Of a stretch of DNA of 64,000 nucleotides, positions 12,001 to 22,913 are shown one piece after another (the first letter of the stretch is position 1; each line of letters opens with the position of its first letter). The translations under genes were made by a program, and so were the position numbers. Below the pieces are notes generated by a model. That model was not told the origin of the DNA. It made no database searches and worked only from the letters and a program-made list of their open reading frames with translations. Origin of the DNA: Macrostomum lignano. Taxonomy: Eukaryota. The stretch spans positions 62,001-126,000 of the forward strand of contig NIVC01001655.1 in the NCBI GenBank assembly GCA_002269645.1. The letters are read 5' to 3'.

Positions 12001-15000
12001 CTCCGGCCCGCAAAGCCTCTCCGGCCCGCAAAGCCTCTTCTCCGGCCCGCAAAGCCTCTCCGGCCCGCAAAGCAATCTCCGCAAAGCCTCTCCGGCGCGC
12101 TGGAAAGGTCTTGTGTCTCTTCTCATCTCCACTCGCCTCCTCTTCTCTCCTCTCTCCTGTCGTCTCTCCTCTCCTCTTCTCTCATCTCCTCTCTCCTCTC
12201 CTCCCCTCTCTCCTATATCTTCTCCTCTCCTCTCCCCTCTCATCTCCTCTCCTCTCTTCTTTCCTCTCCTCTCCTCCCCTCTCTCCTATTTCTTCTCCTC
12301 TCCTCTCCCTCTCCTCTCTCTCCTCTCCTCTCCTCTCCTCTCTTTTTTCCTCTCCTCTCCTCTCCTCTCCTCTCCTCTCTCCTTTCCTCTCCTCTCCTCT
12401 CCTCTCCTCTCCTCTCTCCTTTCCTCTCCTCTCCTCTCCTCTCCTCTCCTCTCTCCTTTCCTCTCCGCTCCTCTCCTCTCCTCTCCTCTCTCCTTTCCTC
12501 TCCTCTCCTCTCCTCTCCTCTCCTCTCCTCTCTCCTTTCCTCTCCTCTCCTCTCCTCTCCTCTCCTCTCTCCTTTCCTCTCCTCTCCTCTCCTCTCCTCT
12601 CCTCTCTCCTTTCCTCTCCGCTCCTCTCCTCTCCTCACTCCTCTCTCCTCTCCTCTTCTATCTGATCCTTTTTCCTCTCCTCTCTAGACTCCTCTCTTTT
12701 CCTTTCCTTTCCTCTCTCTCTTTCCTCTTCCTCCTTTCCTTCCTCCTCTCCTTTCCTTTTACCTCGCCTCTCATCTCTTATCTCTCATCTCTATGCTTAC
12801 TTTTCTCTCTCCTCCTCCGGCCTCAGATAAAAAAGTTTTCAGACCTCTTGGTTTACACAGAAGATCCACATATGCTATTTCTAGAGATTTTTTATTAATC
12901 CCCCTGTTAGGAAGCCCCTTAGTGAAGCATGGTCAATGAAGGATTTTATTCCCTGTCAGGTCTAAGCAACAATTTTTGCGTCGTTTGCCCTCTCTCCCTG
13001 GGAAACAATCAGCTCACCCGTAGCCATGAACTCCGTGACCAGCCGGATGACGCAGAACAAGTTGATGTTGGCATTGTAGAGCGTGAAGTCGATGAAGACG
13101 GCCCTGGTGCCGCGGTTCACCCACAGCTTGTTGTAGAGCTCCTTGAGAATGGCCTGCGTCGTGGCCTTGTCTCGGGACAGTTCAACAGCGAAGCCGCCGC
13201 CGTCGTAGGACGAAATTTCGGCGTTGTGCGACCGGCCGTCGAGCTGCTCCTCGCTGCGGTACTGCCAGGCTGTGCTGTTGCCGAGGCCGAAGCTGCTTTT
13301 GTCGGTGACGCCGTAGCTGTACTTGGCGTAGCAGGTGGAGATTTTGCCCTGAAAGTAGGACGCGATGTTGCAGGACTGGTTGCTGACTCGAAGCTGACGG
13401 AGGCGTGGAACTCCGAGCAATTTGTTCTCGTAGTAGATGAAGTTCTTCTCGCGCGGATCCGAGAAATTGGCGCTGTTGTACCAGGTGTCCCAATACAGGC
13501 CGTTCATCAGCGGGCCGTTCACGAACTGCGGTTGTTAAATTACGAGCTACATTTGAACTACTTTTCGGCTATGTACTCGAACAAATACGAAAGACCGAAT
13601 CTTAGACATAATTTTTTGCTTTCTCGACGCAAAATAAAAAGGACGTTTTACATCAGATGTCGGCAGGCAAAACTTTTTTAGAAGAACCTATCGCATGACT
13701 GCGGACCAGAGGAGGGGAGAAATGAGAGAGATAAGCAACAGAGAGATGAGAGGCGAGAGGCGATGTGAAAAGAGAGGAGGGGAGAGAAGGGGAGAGGAGA
13801 GGAGAGAGGAGAAGAGACAGGAGACAGGAGAAAGGAGAGAGGAGAGAGGAGAGAGGAGAGCGAGGAGAGGAGAGAGAAGAGAGGAGAGAGAAGAGAGGAG
13901 AGAGAAGAGAGGAGAGGAGACGAGAGAGGAGAGAGGAGAGAGGAGAGGGAAGAGAGGAGAGAGGAGAGAGGAGAGGAGAGGGAAGAGAGGAGAGAGGAGA
14001 GAGGTGAGAGGAGAGGGAAGAGAGGAGAGAGGAGAGAGGTGAGAGGAGAGGGAAGAGAGGAGAGAGGAGAGAGAGAGACGAGAGGAGAGGAGGCGAAGGG
14101 AGCTGAGAAGACACGAACCTTGAGCGGGCCGGATTGCTATTGTGAGTTCCAAAGGACGCCATGGCCGGATAGAGAGGCTTCGCGGGCCGCATATGGCCCA
14201 CGGTCCGGAGTCTGCCAACCCCATGCAGTTGTACATGTATAGATTTTGTCTTCAAAAATTTCGGCAAGTATTAAAATGTTCTTTCAAAAAAGGTCAAAGA
14301 AAACCAAACCAAACAGAATTCGGAAGGACGTTCCATCAATTATCACCAAAAAGGCGATCTAGTTTTACTGCCACAATGCCGATAAAAATTGATTCTGAAG
14401 CAACCCGGAAAGACTCACGCTCCACCAGTCGCCCATATTTCCAACGCTGCGATAATTGTTAGTGGTGTTTTCAATTTTGGTATCCAGAAAGAGGTCGCTC
14501 AGCACCTTCGTGTAATAGTACATTGTGCTGCTGGTCATCCCGAAGGTAACTGCAATTAGCGGTAGCGTTAAAATGAAAGCTGTAGTGTCACAGGGACTCT
14601 TTTAACTAACGGTAATAAAACTTACTGATCATGAGCACAATGATGAAGATGCAATAGATGATTAGCTCCCGCAGAGTGGTCTTGATGTACAGCTCTCGGT
14701 CCTCTTTAGTGTCCTGCGTGTCTCGAGTTCGCCATATCGCTGCAAAATTTTTAGAGGGGGGACAGAGCATAAAATATTTAATTTTAATAGAGCCGCCATA
14801 CATGCTAAATTTGATTTACAAGCCCCACTCACACTGTAGGCCGTGCTTGCAGGACTTCAGGCAGCCGCAGCCGCTCTTGCCATCGCCGTCGCCGTCTTTG
14901 CCATCGGCGTCGAGCTGACGATGCCCTCCGGCGCTTTGGCCTCGAACGGCGATCGGTTCGGTGTCCAAGACGTTCGGGTTCTCGAGTCCAGTCTCCCAGG

Positions 15001-15070
15001 CCTGCATCGTGCTCGATCGGCCGGTAGACGGCCTCGACATTGGTGGCTCGTTTGCTTGGGCAGTCGCCAT
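9092..15070 (-). CDS. PKD2: Polycystin-2 (TRPP channel), 8 exons, ~848 aa if the 1-nt deletion at ~10860 is corrected
   Basis: Exons 15070-14833, 14739-14626, 14549-14419, 13525-13018, 11557-10649, 9945-9828, 9730-9539, 9427-9092, all GT-AG. PKD2 motifs: [50 protein letters not shown](NDTY), EF-hands, coiled coil [17 protein letters not shown]. Exon phases close only if one base is added in exon 5. Confidence 0.93.
10045..10582. repeat. ~16-bp minisatellite (ACCAGGTGACCCTTTT) in a PKD2 intron
   Basis: Tandem units read directly. Confidence 0.95.
11698..12850. mobile_element. Putative hAT-like MITE in PKD2 intron 4 carrying an 18-bp minisatellite (GGCCCGCAAAGCCTCTCC, ~11716-12090) and a CT-rich microsatellite (~12110-12820)
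   Basis: Imperfect terminal inverted repeats (TAGAGGTTCGGAAAAG / revcomp AAGAGGTCTGAAAAC); GGCCCGC subterminal motif shared with copies at 13654, 28100, 38085, 38885; no clean TSD. Confidence 0.6.
13654..14225. mobile_element. Putative hAT-like MITE with internal GA-rich microsatellite, in PKD2 intron 3
   Basis: Ends CAGATGTCGGCA / TGCCAACCCCATG; ~130-bp arm (AACCTTGAGCGGGCCGGATTGCTATTGTGA...GGCCGGATAGAGAGGCTT) recurs at 38150-38272 and, inverted, at 28105-28220. Confidence 0.65.
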
Positions 15071-16209
15071 TCTTAGTGCTCCTGTTCTCGGTTCAAGAAG
15101 AATTAATTTCCTCCGTGTAATCCTCCGGGTAAAATCCCAACCTTGGCTGCTTTTATGCCGGAATCCACAGGTAAACACACGGTGCGACACGCTCGCAAGC
15201 CCAGCCCTTACTCGGCAGGCCCATTCTGGACTGAGGAGGGGCCAGAGTTTCTCTCATCTCCATGACAACAATCGGATAAACAATAGAGAGAGAGGAGAGA
15301 AAATGAGATTCAGAGGTAGAGAGTTGAACGGGGGACGCACGGCTTTTGTTAGGATTCTCAAACAGCAGGAAGAAGTTCGTAGCGACCCGCGGCTAGTGGG
15401 AGAAAAGAGCATTTTAGAGGAAGTTTGACGAGCAAAGCGTGGAAAGGGAGGGGACGCCGGGAACAGGGGGTGGGGACCTGGACCAATATTTGTCGTAGAA
15501 ACTGGGTAAACACGCGAAGGATGAAGGCGAAGCAGCCCAGGCAGACTGAGCAGGGAGTATTGACTGATGGAGGCAGCAGCTGCTGCTTCAGCAGGACCTG
15601 CTCCACGGTTTTGGCCTCTTCCATCTCTGCCTATGGAGGGAAAACAATGGATTTCTGGCTTCGTGTGAAACAGCTGTGTAAAAGCTGGAAAATCGAAGCC
15701 CCCAAGCATTGATTGTTGCTGCTATTAGTGGACCAAACTGAGCACAGGTATAGCAGCTGATGTGGAGTGTATCGCGAAAGACTTTTGGTGCATTTAGTGC
15801 TTGCGTCCAAGCCCGCGCCGATTTCCATGCAATCCCTTCGGATCTAAAAGCAAGATCTTATAAGTGATTTTCCTATAAGTGAGTACCTCTGAACGTCATG
15901 TACTGTAAAGACGGCGTGGGTTGCACCACAAGACTATATTAAATCGTTACTGTTGTCCTCTTTGTAATGTTGCACTTTTAACGTTTTAAATACAATCGTT
16001 TCGGCTTCGTCTATGGCCCAGCCCGATATCGGGCAGAGAATGGGCCATTTCTTAAGCAGTCTTGCCCGCAAAATCAAGCAAGAATAAGTTGCATGGCTGC
16101 TCTTATGTGAAAATGAATGCACTTTTTAAGCCTCCCGATGTAGCAAGCGTTGAAGAGCCTTCAGTAAAGTTCTTCATCAATCGGTAAATTTAATTTAAAG
16201 GGACGTCCC

Positions 16210-18075
16210 CTGCCTCTCGGTGGGCGCCCGTCTCTTGGTGGGCGCCCCCTGTCTCTTGGTGAGCGCCCCTGTCTCTTGGTGGTGGCCCCCTGTCAATTGG
16301 TGGGTGCCCCTGTCCCTTGGTAAGCGCCCCTGTCTCTTGATGGGCGCCCCCTGTCAATTGGTGGGCGCCCCTGTCTCTTGATGCGCGCCCCTGTCAATTG
16401 ATGGGTGCCCCTGTCTCTTGATGGGCGCCCTTTCTCTTGATGGGCGCCCCCTGTCAATTGGTGGGTGCCCCTGTCTCTTGGTGGGCGCCCCTGTCTCTTG
16501 GTGGGCGCCCTTTCTCTTGATGGGCGCCCCCTGTCAATTGGTGGGTGCCCCCGTCTCTTGGTGGGCGCCCCCTGTCTCTTGGTAAGCGCCCCTGTCTCTT
16601 GGTGGTGGCCCCCTGTCAATTGGTGGGTGCCCCTGTCCCTTGGTAAGCGCCCCTGTCTCTTGATGGGCGCCCCCTGTCAATTGGTGGGCGCCCCTGTCTC
16701 TTGATGCGCGCCCCTGTCAATTGATGGGTGCCCCTGTCTCTTGATGGGCACCCCCTGTCAATTGATAGGCGCCCTTGTCTCTTGGTAGGCGCCCCTGTCT
16801 CTTGGTGGGCGCCCCTGTCTCTTGGTGGGCGCCCCTGTCTCTTGGTAGGCGCCCTTGTCTCTTGGTGGGCGCCCCTGTCTCTTGGTGGGCGCCCCTGTCT
16901 CTTGGTAGGCGCCCTTGTCTCTTGGTGGGCGCCCCCTGTCAATTGGTGGGTGCCCCCTGTCCCTTGGTAAGCGCCCCTGTCTCTTGGTAAGCGCCCCTGT
17001 CTCTTGATGGGCGCCCCCTGTCAATTGGTGGGTGCCCCCTGTCCCTTGGTAAGCGCCCCTGTCTTTTGGTAAGCGCCCCTGTCTCTTGGTAGGCGCCCCT
17101 GTCTCTTGGTAGGCGCCCCTGTCTCTTGGTAGGCGCCCCTGTCTCTTGGTAGGCGGCCCTGTCTCTTGGTAAGGGCCCTTTCTCTTGATGGGCGCCCCCT
17201 GTCAATTGGTAAGCGCCCCTGTCTCTTGATGGGCGCCCCCTGTCAATTGGTAAGCGCCCCTGTCTCTTGATGGGCGCCCCCTGTCAATTGGTGGGCGCCC
17301 TTGTCTCTTGGTAAGCGCCCCTGTCTCTTGGTAAGCGCCCCTGTCTCTTGGTAGGCGCCCCTGTCTCTTGGTAAGGGCCCTTTCTCTTGATGGGCGCCCC
17401 CTGTCAATTGGTGGGCGCCCCTGTCTCTTAATGCGCGCCCCTGTCAATTGGTGGGTGCCCCTGTCTCTTGATGGGCGCCCCCTGTCAATTGGTGGGCGCC
17501 CCTGTCTCTTGGTGGGCGCCCTTGTCTCTTGGTAGACGCCCCTGTCTCTTGGTAAGGGCCCTTTCTCTTGATGGGCGCCCCCTGTCAATTGGTAAGCGCC
17601 CCTGTCTCTTGATGGGCGCCCCCTGTCAATTGGTAAGCGCCCCTGTCTCTTGATGGGCGCCCCCTGTCAATTGGTGGGCGCCCTTGTCTCTTGGTGGGCG
17701 CCCCTGTCTCTTGGTAAGCGCCCCTGTCTCTTGGTGGGCGCCCTTGTCTCTTGGTAGACGCCCCTGTCTCTTGGTAAGGGCCCTTTCTCTTGATGGGCGC
17801 CCCCTGTCAATTGGTGGACGCCTTTGTCTCTTGGTGAGTAGTCCTTGGGTGGGCACCCCCTGTCTCCTATCTGGGCGCCCCTATTACCTTGGTAGGTGTC
17901 CCCACCCCTGTCTCCAAGGCCTGTGGATGCCCCGTCCAGGAGGTGACAAAGTTGTTGAAACCATGTTATTTATCAAGCTTGATTGCCTGTTTCATTTAGT
18001 TGTTGGAAGAATCAATTTTTGTCGAGCGATGGAGGGCCGCGGCCCCCCTGGTCCCCCCTCTGCGTACTCCACTGC
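16210..18075. repeat. ~1.7-kb 20/21-bp minisatellite (GCGCCCCTGTCTCTTGGTGG) followed by a hAT-like terminus
   Basis: Tandem array to ~17915; the minus strand at ~18073 begins CAGTGGAGTACGCAGAGGGGGGACCAGGGGGGCCGCGGCCC, typical of hAT/MITE ends; the other end was not found. Confidence 0.85.
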
Positions 18076-19205
18076 TATACCGTACAGAGTACTGCTCTGG
18101 ACCGGCTCAACCGCATGGAGACCCCAGAAACCGATAAAAAGTGGCATGGTAACGAAGCCTTCGGATTGGTTGCATACCCTGTTGTACCGTAATTTTGTCG
18201 AAGCAGCCATAGACAGTACGTTGTGGTGTCAAAGGATCTCTGATAGCTTGTAACATCATTTACTAGCACCTGTGTAGATAAAGGAATTCTTAGGACCCCG
18301 GATATTAACCTGGAACTAATTTTAACTTAGAACACAAGGCAAAAGCGTGCACATTACTGATTGTCTCTGTTCTATAAAAGTACAGAATTTTGCTATCATT
18401 TAAAAATGAGTCAAAAAACAAAGAAGTCGGAATTTTCTCTTTCTGAAACATTTCTCAGAAAAAAACGAAGAAAAACAAATATTCAAGAATAATAAATGAT
18501 TAAGACACATATATTCAGCCGATTTTTGTTAAGACTCAAACAGTAAACGCATATTTAAGTTTGTCTTTAAAATTTTGTATAAAACTTGTCAGAAAAAAAG
18601 TGTGCAAGACGAAGCATGGGCACTAAAAGCCATAACATGCATTGCACTTGATAAAATATTTTTAGTAGAATAGCAACAGAAATATTTAAATAACACAGAA
18701 AAATTAAATAGTTTGTTAGTTAATTATTAATATTGTGCAGCATTATTTCTAAGAAACAACAATCAATGCCGTTTGTTTAAAAATCACTCACGAAATTTAA
18801 ACAAATATTATTAGAAAATCTAGAAGACTCGAGGACAAGGCAATTGGTCTGTAGAGGTGCTACTGAATCACAAAATAAGTCTTTATGGCTCTGGTAAACC
18901 AAAACTTTTGTAAATTTTTGAAATACATGTAAATACAAACATATAGAATTTATCTAAATTAGTAATTTTAATTGCTCAGTGTATGCATAGTGTCGTATAG
19001 ACAAATTCAACACTAAAATATGTCAACAGTATTGCAGAAAAACAGAGAATAAATATGAAAAAAAGGATATATATGCGTATATTGAACTGCGCAATTTCTG
19101 ATTGAAAAAAATATAGATAAAAACTTCGAGATTCGAAATTGCAAGTTATATATTTGTTCCCATGCACTACTAACACCAAGTAGAGTTGATTGCATTTTAT
19201 ACAGT

Positions 19206-22200
19206 TCAATTTTCGCCAATAAGAGCCAGCAAAATTTTGCAGTAATCCCCGCTTGTGTCGTCCTTGATCCACTGGGCCAAACTTTGGCCGAATTCTTTCT
19301 GGAAGGCGTCCTTGATCTGCACCATGTCCACCTCGCAGCGGCTGATAATAATGCGCAGGAGGGTGCGGTCGTCCGTGCCTGTGGGTTCCAGTGAGATCGG
19401 CTGTGCACCCTGCATCAATTCAGACTCCCTGCATCAATCCAGGCACCCTACATCAATCTAGACTCCCTGCATCAATCCAGGCACCCTACATCAATTCAGG
19501 CACCCTACATCAATCTAGACTCCCTGCATCAATCCAGGCACCTTACACCAATCCAGGCACTGTGCATCAATCCAGACTCCCTGCATCAATCCAGGAACCC
19601 TGCGTCAATCCAGACTCCCTGCATCAATCCAGGAACCCTGCGTCAATCCAGACTCCCTGCATCAATCCAGGCACCCTACATCAATCCAGACTCCCTGCAT
19701 CAATCCAGGCACCCTACATCAATCCAGGCACCCTGCATCAATACAGGTACACAAAAGTACCAATCTAGGCACTTGGTACTGATATCCAGGCACTCACCCA
19801 GTCCTTTCATGGACTTCTGCAGCGCCTTGGCAAAGTAGGCTGGCTTATTCTGCACGCATCTGATGAGAGTCAGCATCGCTTTGAGCAGGTCGCCCGACAT
19901 CTCCGACTTCAAGGAATCCTCCAGCGTCTTGGCAGTGAGGCTCTCGTACTCGGCGAATACCGCCCGCAGGTGGGCATTGTTGTTGCCGCAGAGGATCTCA
20001 TTAAATTTGCTCTCGTCGGTGCCCCACTTGCCAATGCCGGCCTCCTGCAGGGCCTGGGCGTCCTTCTTGGCCTGCACGGGGTCGAAGGAGCTGCCCTCGG
20101 GCCGGGCGCCAGTCAGCAGCGACACCAGAATGCGCTTGAAGTGGCCGGAGGTCTCCGACATCACGTCCTCCTCGAGGTCGCGATTGTACACTGCAAAGAG
20201 ACGGAAGTTGACCGATCAGTTGTCAATCGAGACTAAGACCTGATTACTTCGACACCTAAAGTACATCGCGTACGAAGAACAAAATAAAGCAGTGCGCTCA
20301 CTGTTGTGGTAGATTTTCTTCACCTCCTGCACCTGGGCTTGGGTTCTGGTGCAGATGACCTCGATTAGGCAGTCCTCGTCCGTGCCGAGGCCTTTCATAG
20401 CCGCGCGCAGCTCCATAGCGTCGTACTCGGCCGCGCCCAGGCACAAGTTCTGGCAGATTTTGTTGAAGTTGCCGCTCAACTCGCTATCCAAATCCGCTTT
20501 GAGATCCTTGCCGTACTTCATCTTGAAGGCGCGGACAATCTCCTGACGCTGAGAGACGGTCCGATGGCCCAGAACATTGATGATACTCTCCTCGTTGGTG
20601 CCGAGGCCTTTCATGGCCTTGCGAAGCTGCTCGGCGTCGGCGTTGGCGTTGAAGCTGTCGTAGGGCTTCAGCGTGCCCTCCTGGACGTACTCCTCCTGCT
20701 GGAAGTAGGCCTCGTCCACTGGCTCAGGCGGCTGCTCCTCCGGCGCCTTCAACTTAATGGCATCGGCCTTCTCGTTACTGGTCTGCTTGACCTCCGTCTC
20801 CACCTTGTGGTTCGGCGGGGGCGTCGGGTTCCTGCGCCTCGGCGGCGGCGGAGTCGGCGCCTTCTTGGCTGGCGGCTGTTTCGGCTTCGGCGGCGGCTGC
20901 ACCTTCGGCTCGCTCAATGGCTTCTTGTAGCCCGGCTTGCCGATCTGCACCGTCAGCAGGTAGGAGTCGGTTGACTCGTCCAGCTCGGCTGAAATCACCT
21001 GCGTCAGGTCGGGTCAGAGGAAGGGCGTGGTGAAAAACAACTTAAAAGCGTTGAAATGTGACTCCAGGACTCCAGGGTTGAAATGTGACCAGCACAAAAT
21101 GGAATTCATAGGCAAAATGATCCCACTAGTACCAGTATGAAAATGTGGCATCAACCTGAAGTTCCTTTAACTCCAAGATAAACTTCAACGAAGTTTTAAA
21201 AGCTTTCCACAAATGCTTGGTGTAAATAATTGGTCTGAGGCTAAAACGTTCCAACCTTTCCAAATTTTGGCCCGCCAACGGCCGCCTGAAAGTCGCCATC
21301 GGAGCGAGCGTACTGGAGCAGGTGAGCGTAGACGTGCTGCAGCTGCTTCTTAAAGTCGCCGTCTCCTTTGCTGACGGGCAGGCAGGCTGGGTCAGCTGAC
21401 ACGGGCTGCTGCGGAGGCTGCGGAGGCTGCTGCTTCTTTTTGTCTTCAACCAGCCGGCGAATGTCCTGCAGCGTGCTCTGTCGAGTTTCGTCCATGCGTT
21501 GGCTCAGCTGAGCAGCGATAAGGTTGAGCTGCTGCGGCGTCACTCCCTGCGGCGTGGCAGATTAGATTATCATAATCATAATTATTTCCCTAAATATTAC
21601 AAGGAAATACAGCTGGTATTTACACAGCTCGGAGCTCTCCTAGATGCCATTGATTTTGTCTTTTGAATTAAAAACAACTGTGTAACAGTGCAAAGATGAT
21701 TCTCACCTGATCCGGAGCAGGCAGCGCCGGCTGCGGCTGTTGCTGTTGCACCTGCGGTGCGAAGCCGCCCCTGAAGTTGACATTGTTCGGCGTGCGCACT
21801 TCCCAGCCCATCAAGCCGCCGGCTGGGCCGCCGAAGCCGCCACCGCCTGTTCCGGCGCCTGGTGGCCCGCCGCCGTACAGATTGATCTGCGTGCCGGAGT
21901 GATTGACCGCGGCGAAGCCCTGATCTGGCGGGATGCCCAGCTCGTCCAGCGGCGACGGCTCGGCAGGCTTGGGAGGAGCGTCTTTGTCCCAGGCTCGGCG
22001 TCTGGAGCCGCCACCAGAGGCGCCTTTGCGGGTGCGCAGGCCGTCCTCAAGGTCGCTGTCCCAGCTGCGGGGTAGGGAAGTTCGAATGCTATTAGCTATC
22101 AGGTCTTTTAACTGGTGAGGAATCAGATAGCGCTTATTGAAGTCTAACAGGTGACACTCCTGTCTAACAGGTGACACTCCTGTCTAACAGGTGACACTCC

Positions 22201-22913
22201 TGTCTAACAAGTGACACTCCTGTCTAACAAGTGACACTCCTGTCTAACAAGTGACACTCCTGTCTAACAAGTGACACTCCTGTCTAACAAGTGACACTCC
22301 TGTCTAACAGGTGACACTCCTGTCTAACAAGTGACACTACAGACACTCCGATCAGGATGGCACTAATATCTAACAGGTTCCACCTTTGTCCATTAGGTGA
22401 CAACAACTCTTACAGTCGCTCTCACTTACGCAGTAGAATCCGTGGTGACGCTGCAGTCGTCATAGCAGTCGTCGGTCTCATTCCAACCGTGTATATCCTC
22501 ACAGTGGTAGGTTCTCGTCGTCACTGCGCTTAATTGCCGGGTAACCCGGTGCATAGCAACCGCCTTGACAACCCGCTTGCCAGGCTTCAAACAGAATGGG
22601 GCCCGATATTTAAACGTGACCTCGCGTCCATTGACTTTTCGCTGTTCCGGTTTGGGTCGAGTTCCGTCCGTAGTAAAGAAGATGTGGCAGTTTGAGGAGT
22701 CTGCGAGGCAATAAGGCAATATTGCTGAGTATTTAATGTTATTTTTTAACGCTTGTCTCTAAATAAGCCGCTCAATTTCAAAATCAAATGAGACCCACCG
22801 CATGCCATCTCGATATACGTAGCTGAATCAATGCAGTGAGCTGGTTTTCCAGACACTGGGCCTTTCAGTGCAGTTAGCACTGGTGCAGCAATACCACCTG
22901 CAGGCGACATCAT
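19206..22913 (-). CDS. Chimeric protein: DZANK1-like N-terminal segments fused to a four-repeat annexin core; 7 exons, 765 aa
   Basis: Exons 22913-22799, 22700-22430, 22064-21707, 21546-21256, 20998-20302, 20190-19798, 19378-19206; all GT-AG, phases consistent, total 2298 nt. Annexin repeats MKGLGTNE, MKGLGTDE, GKWGTDE, MKGLGTDD; N-terminal IFFTTDGTRP...VKAVAM and FKKQLQHVYAHL...PKFGKVISA resemble DZANK1. Confidence 0.88.
19405..19745. repeat. 19-bp minisatellite (CCCTGCATCAATCCAGACT/GGCA) in the last annexin intron
   Basis: Tandem units read directly. Confidence 0.9.
22144..22345. repeat. 20-bp minisatellite (TGTCTAACAAGTGACACTCC) in intron 2 of the annexin-fusion gene
   Basis: About 10 tandem units. 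Confidence 0.95.

Noticed and set aside
11618-12898. KASPAR repeats resembling histone H1/protamine-like proteins, and the 426-aa ORF
   Set aside because: 18-bp minisatellite plus CT microsatellite inside PKD2 intron 4; all frames open.
15478-15630. Possible extra minus-strand exon (MEEAKTVEQVLLKQ...) upstream of PKD2
   Set aside because: Acceptor plausible but donor weak (GTCCCC), no recognisable homology, and phase does not join the nearest PKD2 acceptor.
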